Positions 23,579 through 30,154 of a DNA stretch of 33,517 bases are shown piece by piece. Position numbers and translations under genes: made by a program. Origin of the DNA: a virus; the IMG/VR virus record IMGVR_UViG_3300021255_000047, positions 1 through 33,517 of that record; one strand, written 5' to 3'. The notes below the pieces were generated by a model that searched no databases, was not told where the DNA came from, and was given only the letters and a program-made list of their open reading frames with translations. Within the stretch, counting starts at the first letter, position 1, and each line of letters begins with the position of its first letter.

Positions 23579-23851
23579 TTAGTGCGTTTTTCCATAGCTG
23601 TAATATCCCTCGTGCAAATCCGGGAAGTCCTCGTCTGCTGGGATAGCGTGATAATATGCCTCTCCGTAATCGGTCACGAGATAATTGAACGTTTCCCCGC
23701 GCCGAAAGCGGACGTTGTTGGCGGCCTGGGCAGCGGATACCGCCCAGGAAGCGCCGACGAAATCTTCGTAATTTATGGCCAGATTCGGGTCTCCGGTGTA
23801 GTCTCTGACCTGCTGCCGGATGTAGACATTATACTTTCTTTTCGCCTTCAT
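23579..23851 (-). CDS. Hypothetical protein (90 aa)
   Basis: ORF between the annealing-protein gene and ssb; no motif recognised. Confidence 0.45.
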   Translation of the reverse strand: MKAKRKYNVYIRQQVRDYTGDPNLAINYEDFVGASWAVSAAQAANNVRFRRGETFNYLVTDYGEAYYHAIPADEDFPDLHEGYYSYGKTH

Positions 23852-24704
23852 CCGCCTCTCCTTTCAGAGCGCTCGTCAGTCCTGTCGCCTCGGTCTCTGC
23901 GTCAAACCACTCCGCGACCTTGCTCTCTCCGCCTTTGATCGCGTTATATATTCCGATGTATTCGACGAAGTCGTCCGCGTTCATTGTCTCGATCTTGCGT
24001 CTGAGCCTTTTCTCGATCATCTCCTGCGTCACTCCAAACTTGGAGAATTCGACCGCCATCTTCTTTACCCTGTCGACCAGCGGAATATCATTCTGGCCGG
24101 CGAGCGTTTTCTTGCACTCGGTTATGCAGTCGTCGACAAACCAGGAAGGAAGGATCGCAAGTATCCTTGCTCGAAGTCTGCGCGTGGCCATGTTCGCATT
24201 GTTCTCGTATATGTCGCGCTGGCTGGTCAGCGTCTGCATCTTACCCTTGACCTCTCTCTGGTGCGGATTCGTGAAGTTCTGAACGCTCTGCGCGTTGGTC
24301 TCGAGGTCCCACGCATACGCCTGCATCTCCGACTTTCCGTTATCCTGTGAGAGCTCTTTTATGCCGTAATCTATATTCCCCCAGCAGCGGGCGAGCTCTT
24401 CCGCAAACCTGATCGTCGGGCCTTCGATTGTCTGCCCGGACCTCGGGTAGCTATAAAAAGCCTTTGCCGCCATCGCCGGCCTGCGGCAGGCCTCGATTGC
24501 CTTTGTGTATGCCTCGATCTCGTTTCGCGGGAAGCGCTTTGCAATGACCAGCTTGCCCTGCGCCTCCGCAATCGCCCGGCTGCTCTCAATCAGGACAGTT
24601 CCCTGGTTGATCTGGTCCGCAGGGATGTTCACCGCCTGCGGCATATTTGGGAGCGGTGCCTGCTGTACTTCCGCAGGAAGGTTGTTCTCATTCTTGGGTG
24701 CCAT
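23829..24704 (-). CDS. Single-strand annealing protein (RecT/Redbeta/Erf-superfamily recombinase; family not resolved)
   Basis: 291 aa located between the PD-(D/E)XK exonuclease and SSB. Its start overlaps the exonuclease stop (TAATG). The call rests mainly on synteny. Confidence 0.55.
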   Translation of the reverse strand: MAPKNENNLPAEVQQAPLPNMPQAVNIPADQINQGTVLIESSRAIAEAQGKLVIAKRFPRNEIEAYTKAIEACRRPAMAAKAFYSYPRSGQTIEGPTIRFAEELARCWGNIDYGIKELSQDNGKSEMQAYAWDLETNAQSVQNFTNPHQREVKGKMQTLTSQRDIYENNANMATRRLRARILAILPSWFVDDCITECKKTLAGQNDIPLVDRVKKMAVEFSKFGVTQEMIEKRLRRKIETMNADDFVEYIGIYNAIKGGESKVAEWFDAETEATGLTSALKGEADEGEKKV

Positions 24705-25513
24705 TATTCTACCTCCTTAGCCAGCCACGCAGGCAGGCTCAAATTATTTATCACTCCGAATTTTCCGAGGTATCCATACCAGTTGCCGGTCTCCTTGCAG
24801 TCGTGGTATATCCCCAGCAGCTCCCGGAAGCGGTCAGCGCCTCTCTGTATGAACACCGGATCCGCCTGCAGAACGTTGATCGCGTAAGGCGCGGCTTTTT
24901 CCTGTGCTATGAATACGAAGATCGGCTTTCTTCCGGTGATCTTCTCCACGCCTTCGCTGTACATCGCCGCCTGGAAGTCATACCCCAGGTTGACGGCCTG
25001 TCTCATAAACGCCTCGGAGCTGGCGTCTGTGGTGCTCTTATAGTCCACGATCACCAGCTGTTTTTCGCCCTCCTGCTCGATCTCGGTTAGGCAGTCAACG
25101 CGGACCTTGCACAGCTCTCCGGTCAGTTCGTCTGTCCAGAAGAAGGCTTTTTCGTGCTCGCCTTTCAAAAGCCGCTCTACAAACGGCGCGGTCTTTTGCG
25201 CTGCGACCATCTCCGTGGCCTTCATCCAGTCGTCTGTCGTGACCACCGTTCGCCCTTCCGCGCCTTCCAGGAACGCTGCATACTCTTCCTTGCCGGCCTT
25301 TGTGCGCCTGTCAACGTTCGGCGCGACCGTGAACTCTTCGCACACGCTCTCCGGCTCCAGCGTGGCCTTGTGCACCAGCTGCCCGAATATCAGCGCCGGC
25401 GTCGGCTCCTCTGGGTGCTCTTCGTAATACTTGAACTTTTCCGGGCTTTCTGAAATCTTCCAAAGCTGGGAGCGGCTTATTCCTTCCGCTGCTCTATATT
25501 CGCGCTCAGTCAT
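24704..25513 (-). CDS. PD-(D/E)XK-family exonuclease (recombination partner of the annealing protein)
   Basis: VIVDYKSTTD...(D...DxK-type core), resembling phage DUF3799/Cas4-like nucleases. GGAGG lies 7 nt before the ATG at 25513. Confidence 0.65.
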   Translation of the reverse strand: MTEREYRAAEGISRSQLWKISESPEKFKYYEEHPEEPTPALIFGQLVHKATLEPESVCEEFTVAPNVDRRTKAGKEEYAAFLEGAEGRTVVTTDDWMKATEMVAAQKTAPFVERLLKGEHEKAFFWTDELTGELCKVRVDCLTEIEQEGEKQLVIVDYKSTTDASSEAFMRQAVNLGYDFQAAMYSEGVEKITGRKPIFVFIAQEKAAPYAINVLQADPVFIQRGADRFRELLGIYHDCKETGNWYGYLGKFGVINNLSLPAWLAKEVE

Positions 25514-25833
25514 CACATCACCTCCGCGATGAAGCGAACGATCGCGTCTCTTGCGTCTGCTACATCACCGGCCGAGAGTTCCTCCGCCAGCTTGTCTATG
25601 GTGTCGACCACCGCTGCCTGGCAATCCGGGCAGATGTCGTCTCCGTCCTTGCCGTTGTAGTATTTGCCGCAAACCGCGCACTTGGCCGCTTCCTCCCACC
25701 AGTCACTTCCGCACTCTGGGCAGACCCGCTCTTCGTATTCAGGCGGCTCGGTCTCGCTCCCTGCAAAAACCTTTTTTCCGCCGACGAGCTGTTCTTCTTC
25801 GAAGATTGCTCCGCACTCTAAGCAAATTAACAT
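25513..25833 (-). CDS. Double zinc-ribbon protein (106 aa)
   Basis: CLECG...CPECG and CAVCG...CPDC motifs. Confidence 0.5.
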   Translation of the reverse strand: MLICLECGAIFEEEQLVGGKKVFAGSETEPPEYEERVCPECGSDWWEEAAKCAVCGKYYNGKDGDDICPDCQAAVVDTIDKLAEELSAGDVADARDAIVRFIAEVM

Positions 25834-25834
25834 A

Positions 25835-26014
25835 TTATTCCTCCTTTTCGATGATTAATAGAATTTTGGCTGCGCTAATTTTCCTGATCGGCAGATCTTT
25901 TTCGCATCTGTTTATAGTCAGCCAGTTAAGCTTGCAAAGCTTTCCCATTGCCTCCTGGCTGAGGCTGTGCGCGACTCGGTAGTCGAAGCATCTTTCGCCT
26001 ATCGTCTTTTCCAT
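25835..26014 (-). CDS. Cro/XRE-like HTH regulator (59 aa)
   Basis: Manual ORF, below the track cutoff: MEKTIGERCFDYRVAHSLSQEAMGKLCKLNWLTINRCEKDLPIRKISAAKILLIIEKEE. It is the first gene after the early promoter, with AAAGGAGG upstream. Confidence 0.6.
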   Translation of the reverse strand: MEKTIGERCFDYRVAHSLSQEAMGKLCKLNWLTINRCEKDLPIRKISAAKILLIIEKEE

Positions 26015-26037
26015 GCCATACCTCCTTTGTTATGTTT

Positions 26038-26067
26038 ATTATAACGCTATAATAACATATATGTCAA
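26038..26067 (-). promoter_or_regulatory. Consensus sigma70 early promoter
   Basis: Minus strand reads TTGACA-N18-TATAAT. The inverted repeat TTATTATA-N4-TATAATAA overlaps the -10. There is an AT-rich upstream tract. Confidence 0.65.
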
Positions 26068-26099
26068 TATAATTTTATATAATTCTATATATTTTCGCA

Positions 26100-26130
26100 C
26101 TAAAAAACCGGGATTGCTCCCGGTTAAAAA
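26100..26130 (-). terminator. Rho-independent terminator closing the accessory cassette
   Basis: Minus strand reads AACCGGGA-GCAA-TCCCGGTT followed by TTTTTT. The stop codon of gene 26124..26468 lies in the stem. Confidence 0.75.
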
Positions 26131-26468
26131 TTGAGCTTGCGTATCGTGGCTGCGTACAGCCTCGGGTTGAATACCTGCACGGCGGTCATTAGCTCGTCTA
26201 TGACTGGCCATACCCGTGCCGGGTCCCTGCCGTTGATCGTCTCCGAGAATTCTGTTCCGCTGTCGTAATATATCTCTGTTTCGGTCTCGCTCGGAGGATC
26301 TCGGAAGGAATATTCGGGCATCGGTGCCGCCTCCGGCATCTGGCCTTTGCCTTGCAGGTGGTCGAGTATTATGTAGAACGCCGCCAGTTTCACGCAAGTA
26401 TTCGCGTTTGGGTTTCTTACTCCCTGGCACTCAGCGATCGCCTCCATCAAATCCTTTTCAGTTATCAA
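26124..26468 (-). CDS. Conserved phage hypothetical protein (114 aa)
   Basis: TTG start 5 nt after AGGAGGTG. The N-terminal block EAIAECQGVRNPNANTCVKLAAFYIILDHL is recalled from other Bacillota phages; function unknown. Confidence 0.6.
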   Translation of the reverse strand: MITEKDLMEAIAECQGVRNPNANTCVKLAAFYIILDHLQGKGQMPEAAPMPEYSFRDPPSETETEIYYDSGTEFSETINGRDPARVWPVIDELMTAVQVFNPRLYAATIRKLNF

Positions 26469-26482
26469 GAGGCCACCTCCTG

Positions 26483-26956
26483 TCAGCCGCGTTCAAGCTG
26501 GGAGATCAGCTCGTCAATTCTCTGCATGACCATCTGGTCCGGCGCGTCGTTCTTTAGCTGTTCCAGCTGCATGATCATGTCCTCGCGGCCTTCGTCTCTG
26601 GAATAACCGCCATCGCTGGCGTATCTGCCCATACTGTCTCTTCTGGCGTTGCTGCCTCTTCCGCGTCCGGGACTTGCGTAGCTTCCGCCGCGGTTAGTGC
26701 TTCCGCCCTGGCCGCCACGGTTTCCGCCGCGTCCGCCGCCCTGACCAGCTCTCGCATAGCTTCCGCCGCGGTACGATCCGCCGCGCATGCTATATCCTTC
26801 TTCTTCCTCGTAAGACTCGATGATCTTGTCGAGATTCTTGATCGCGTGCGCGAGCTTGTCCACGATGTCGAGGCTTCCGGCTGTCAGCTCTCCCTTCTGC
26901 CCGTACTCTTCGAGTTCTTTGCAGAGCATCTCTTTGAGTTCATAGATACCGTCCAT
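26483..26956 (-). CDS. Hypothetical protein with a central RGG/GGS low-complexity region (157 aa)
   Basis: Start MDGIYELKEML at 26956 after AAAGGAGG. Helical ends flank RGGSYRGGSYARAGQGGGRGGNRGGQGGSTNRGGSY. Confidence 0.6.
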   Translation of the reverse strand: MDGIYELKEMLCKELEEYGQKGELTAGSLDIVDKLAHAIKNLDKIIESYEEEEGYSMRGGSYRGGSYARAGQGGGRGGNRGGQGGSTNRGGSYASPGRGRGSNARRDSMGRYASDGGYSRDEGREDMIMQLEQLKNDAPDQMVMQRIDELISQLERG

Positions 26957-26969
26957 TTCGTCCTCCTTT

Positions 26970-27425
26970 CTATGCGATTCTTGCAACGGTCAGGTTTGCG
27001 TTCTGAACGTTGATAGCGGTTGCCGGATCTGCGGCCGTCGCGCCTTCGGAGACGTTCTCCACGGCTACGGTGAAGCAGCAGCCCTTCGGCACGGTGATGA
27101 TCGCGGTGCTGGTCACGTTGAAGTACTCATCCACCGCGGCCGGCGTCACGATTGCGCGGCTGGTCAGTATCGGCTCTCCGTCTATGGCCAGCGCAACGGC
27201 AATCGGGCCGACCGTCCCGTCCTCCGGAACGGCAATATTCGCATTAAAGGTCACCTGGTATCTGGCGGCGCAGGCGCAGGAGTTGTTTACGATGCCACGC
27301 AGAATTACAAGCCCGCTTTCGTTGCGGTGCAGGACGTATCCCTTATTACAGCGGATGCTGTCGTTCAGAATGACGTTCTGCCCCGGCTGTACCAGCTGGA
27401 TGGGGTTATAGGTAAATTCCGCCAT
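26970..27425 (-). CDS. Beta-rich protein, possibly a BclA-C-terminal / C1q-TNF-like jelly roll (151 aa)
   Basis: Start MAEFTYNPIQ at 27425 after AAGGAGGTG. The pattern YQVTFNANIAVPEDGTVGPIAVALAIDGEP...NANLTVARIA resembles TNF-like exosporium domains. This is recollection, not a search result. Confidence 0.55.
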   Translation of the reverse strand: MAEFTYNPIQLVQPGQNVILNDSIRCNKGYVLHRNESGLVILRGIVNNSCACAARYQVTFNANIAVPEDGTVGPIAVALAIDGEPILTSRAIVTPAAVDEYFNVTSTAIITVPKGCCFTVAVENVSEGATAADPATAINVQNANLTVARIA

Positions 27426-27436
27426 GACGCACCTCC

Positions 27437-28336
27437 TTAAAGGCTCCCGCCGCAGCCACAGCCACATCCGCTGTTATTGCTCGGGCAGGTGAAGATCGGC
27501 TGCATGCCGTATACCGGCATAGTGGGCACCGGGCAATCTCTCAGGCGCTGATACATCGCGTCGATCTCCGCGACCTGTCCTGCGCGAATCTGTGCGGTCT
27601 GTGCGACCTGAGACGCGGAAAGATTGGCCATTGTGAGCTGTCTTTCGAGATCCGCAATCTTTTCGTTCTTGGCGTCGATCTTGTCAGCGCAGAGCTGGTC
27701 AAGGATCCTCTGGGTGTTTGCGGTCTGATTTGTTATGATGTCGCGAAGGCCATCGGAAAGGGCCGCCCTGTCAGCGCAGTTCTCGGTTGCGATGGTGTAC
27801 TTAAGGTCAGCGCTGGCCAGCCTGTTCTCGCAGCAGCAATCGGCGAGCTGGCTTGCGAGGCCGTTAAAGCCCTGAGTCATTGCGGTCTGCGCCGCGAATG
27901 CGGTCTGCATGTTCGCCATCTGCCTTGCGTTCGCTCCCTGCTCTACTCCGGCGAAGCCGTTTGCAAGCGCCATCTGAACGTCGCTGCAGCAGTTGCAGAG
28001 CTGCGTGGAAAGGCTGCCGATGCCGTCTCTGATCGAGGTAATGTTGCCGTTGATCATCTGATCGCGGAAGCCGCCAGAAGTGATCTCCGCCTGATTCATC
28101 CAGGGATAGAGGCCACCCGCTCCGCCGTTTCCTCCGGCGTATCCGCCATTGCCCCAGCCGCCATTACCGACGAGGAGCAGGAAAAGCAGGATAATCCAAA
28201 AACCGCTGTCTCCGAATCCGTTTCCGAAACCGCCGCCGTTCGAATAAACGGGATAGGGCATGGAAGCGTTGCCGAAGCTCGCGGGTCCGACGAGCATAGT
28301 TGCGGGAATTCCGCCGTTGTCATCTGTAAGAGCCAT
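27437..28336 (-). CDS. Gly-rich membrane-anchored protein with clustered cysteines (299 aa)
   Basis: N-terminal GGGFGNGFGDSGFWIILLFLLLVGNGGWGNGGYAGGNGGAGG (TM flanked by Gly runs). Cys clusters CNCC and CCC, and a C-terminal CPSNNSGCGCGCGGSL. GAAAGGAGAG upstream. Confidence 0.65.
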   Translation of the reverse strand: MALTDDNGGIPATMLVGPASFGNASMPYPVYSNGGGFGNGFGDSGFWIILLFLLLVGNGGWGNGGYAGGNGGAGGLYPWMNQAEITSGGFRDQMINGNITSIRDGIGSLSTQLCNCCSDVQMALANGFAGVEQGANARQMANMQTAFAAQTAMTQGFNGLASQLADCCCENRLASADLKYTIATENCADRAALSDGLRDIITNQTANTQRILDQLCADKIDAKNEKIADLERQLTMANLSASQVAQTAQIRAGQVAEIDAMYQRLRDCPVPTMPVYGMQPIFTCPSNNSGCGCGCGGSL

Positions 28337-28392
28337 ATTGTCTCTCCTTTCAAGTTTTTAGAAATAAGATATATAAACCTCCGGCCGAGAAG

Positions 28393-28425
28393 TTTTGCAC
28401 AATTTATACACAATTTTTGCACAGG
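28393..28425. repeat. Three tandem 11-bp repeats (one helical turn each) in the intergenic gap
   Basis: Plus strand reads ttttgcacaat / ttatacacaat / ttttgcacagg, directly after the stop at 28426 and 57 bp before the next ATG. Confidence 0.8.
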
Positions 28426-28635
28426 CTATTTCAACATCTTTTGAAGCTGATTAGCCATCTTGACCGCCTGGTCGTATTGTGCCTGCGATACCTTGCCAGA
28501 GTTCAGCAGCTGCTGTACCTGCGCCCGCGGATCTCCGGAGAAGGTCTGTTTAAACTGGTTGAACTGGTTTATGATCTGCGCCATATTTCCGGGCAGCGCA
28601 TTTCCGCCCAGCGCGTTAAAAAGCGGATTACTCAT
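28426..28635 (-). CDS. Small Q/N-rich hypothetical protein (69 aa)
   Basis: Start MSNPLFNALGG at 28635, an 8-nt overlap (ATGAGTAA) with the upstream stop. Confidence 0.55.
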   Translation of the reverse strand: MSNPLFNALGGNALPGNMAQIINQFNQFKQTFSGDPRAQVQQLLNSGKVSQAQYDQAVKMANQLQKMLK

Positions 28636-29059
28636 CCTTTGCACCCCTTTCCATCAGCTCATCGACTCTGTTTCTCAATGCCTCCAGCTCGGACTTGAGC
28701 GCGTATTCTCCGCCCTGCGCGGCTCCGACTTTCGGCGTCTCATTCGGTGCCTTTGTCATTTCCGAATATTTGAAAACGCGAAGCGGAAGCGGCATTCCGG
28801 AAGCGTCCGCGGACTTCAAAAAGAACTGCTCGCTTTCGCTATCCATCAGCATGACCGTGGTGTTCGGCGCTACAAGGTACGATTTTGCCCCAGCTTCGCC
28901 CTGTACCCAGATCAGGCCGCTATTCTGGCCGGCGGACTGTACGGTCTGGACGGGCTGCGCCTGCGGGACCTGCTGTACCGGCTGCGGCTGTGGCGGCTGG
29001 TATTGTGGCTGGTAATACATCGGCTGATAGGACGCGGGAAAATAACTATTATAAGCCAT
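28628..29059 (-). CDS. Hypothetical protein with Q/P/Y-rich N-terminus, beta domain and C-terminal coiled coil (143 aa)
   Basis: MAYNSYFPASYQPMYYQPQYQPPQPQPVQQVPQAQPVQ..., then GLIWVQGEAGAKSYLVAPNTTVMLMDSE. AAGGAGG upstream. Confidence 0.6.
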   Translation of the reverse strand: MAYNSYFPASYQPMYYQPQYQPPQPQPVQQVPQAQPVQTVQSAGQNSGLIWVQGEAGAKSYLVAPNTTVMLMDSESEQFFLKSADASGMPLPLRVFKYSEMTKAPNETPKVGAAQGGEYALKSELEALRNRVDELMERGAKDE

Positions 29060-29062
29060 CGC

Positions 29063-29443
29063 TTATTCCTCCTTTTTTGAATAGAAATACAAAGGGATTT
29101 CTTTCGAGCTGTCCCAGCTGTCGAACAGATCTCCGTCGACGACTGTGGCAACGTGCCCGGAAAAAACGAGAACGAAGGTGCCCTCTGGGTGCTCCTTGCA
29201 GAATTGCTCCGCCGTCTTTATCTCTGGATATGTGTCCGGCATGGCCTCGCGCTTGAATCCTTTACTCCGCAGGAACGCTCCCCAGACAGCGTTGCTGGAC
29301 GGCATGTCGCCCATTACAAATCCCGCCAGTGCGATCGAGGCAAACGCGCTATCCCAATCAACGCCGACGGCCTTGCAGACCGCTCTTACCGAGCAATCTC
29401 CGACTTTTGCTCCTGTCGGATTCGGGTTATAGTATCTCCACAT
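29063..29443 (-). CDS. Putative papain/transglutaminase-fold cysteine enzyme (126 aa)
   Basis: Start MWRYYNPNPTGAKVGDCSVRAV at 29443 after AGGAGG. Candidate Cys (GDCSVRA) ... His (SGHVATVVDGD) ... Asp arrangement. Confidence 0.5.
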   Translation of the reverse strand: MWRYYNPNPTGAKVGDCSVRAVCKAVGVDWDSAFASIALAGFVMGDMPSSNAVWGAFLRSKGFKREAMPDTYPEIKTAEQFCKEHPEGTFVLVFSGHVATVVDGDLFDSWDSSKEIPLYFYSKKEE

Positions 29444-29473
29444 GCGGCCCCTCCTTTGCTTTAATTTTGGCAA

Positions 29474-29508
29474 TAAAAAACCGCCCGGACAATGAATCAT
29501 CCGTGCGC
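29474..29508 (-). terminator. Possible second terminator (imperfect hairpin plus T6)
   Basis: Minus strand reads GCGCACGGA-TGATTCATTG-TCCGGGCGG followed by TTTTTTATTG. Confidence 0.4.
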
Positions 29509-29520
29509 TTTTCGTGCAAC

Positions 29521-29553
29521 AAAAAACCGGGCCGCCCCAAGCCTCGACCCGGT
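29521..29553 (-). terminator. Rho-independent terminator after the HTH regulator gene
   Basis: Minus strand reads ACCGGG-N16-CCCGGT followed by TTTTTTG. Confidence 0.55.
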
Positions 29554-29599
29554 CTCTTGCCCTCTTCAAGGGCTTTCGAAAGGAGGTGCCAAAGAATGA

Positions 29600-29842
29600 C
29601 TATTCTAAGCGCCTGAACAGCGCCTCTTGGCCTTTATATACAATGGTCTTTGTGTGCCTGACGGATAAGTCGAATTCCTCCGCCAAAGCTTCAAAAAGAA
29701 CGCCATCTATCAGCCTGCGTTTCAAGATTGCTCTGTCGCGCTCGCTGTGTATATACTCATCTATCAGCTCCGATATTTCGCTATTAGTATAGTTTCTCAC
29801 TTTTTCGTCTTGATCCTGCCGGTGCCGTGGCACATGTTGCAC
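29600..29842 (-). CDS. Sigma-70 region-4-type HTH protein (YlxM/ArpU-like small regulator); start uncertain
   Basis: SERDRAILKRRLIDGVLFEALAEEFDLSVRHTKTIVYKGQEALFRRL is a region-4-like HTH. The only starts available are TTG at 29842 or GTG at 29833/29800, and the SD is weak. Confidence 0.55.
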   Translation of the reverse strand: MQHVPRHRQDQDEKVRNYTNSEISELIDEYIHSERDRAILKRRLIDGVLFEALAEEFDLSVRHTKTIVYKGQEALFRRLE

Positions 29843-29875
29843 TGGCGATATCCGGAGCTCCCGCCGGTCTTGCGT

Positions 29876-30154
29876 CTACGGCTGGTTGTTTTCTTCGTGT
29901 ACTTTACCCTCGCCATTAATGCTCACCTGCCCGCTCCCGTTTATTACGGCATTTCCGCCGTCCTTCGCGTCGGCCTCGTAGCTCTCCTGCGTGCTTATGA
30001 CTTCCCACTGGCTCTGGTAGTAGATCCACGCGGCGTTTGTTGCGAATAGAAGCGCGATCAAGATAATTATCACGATCCAAAGCCTTTTTATTATCCGCTC
30101 CAGCCTTGCCATTGCGGACTCGTGCGCTATGTAAGGCACGGTGTTATTTTCCAT
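29876..30154 (-). CDS. Single-pass membrane protein downstream of the lysin (92 aa)
   Basis: TM segment RLWIVIIILIALLFATNAAWIYY. Overlaps the lysin stop. Confidence 0.5.
   Translation of the reverse strand: MENNTVPYIAHESAMARLERIIKRLWIVIIILIALLFATNAAWIYYQSQWEVISTQESYEADAKDGGNAVINGSGQVSINGEGKVHEENNQP

Noticed and set aside
26047-26430. Alternative-frame minus-strand ORFs overlapping better genes: 26047..26430, 26575..26757, 24371..24589, 23275..23469, 21173..21501, 6512..6790, 49..285.
   Set aside because: They are Arg/Gly/Pro-rich translations in frames overlapping genes with clear family signatures, and they have no independent SD. The MTase overlap at 16078-16574 is different: there both frames have an SD and family-like sequence.
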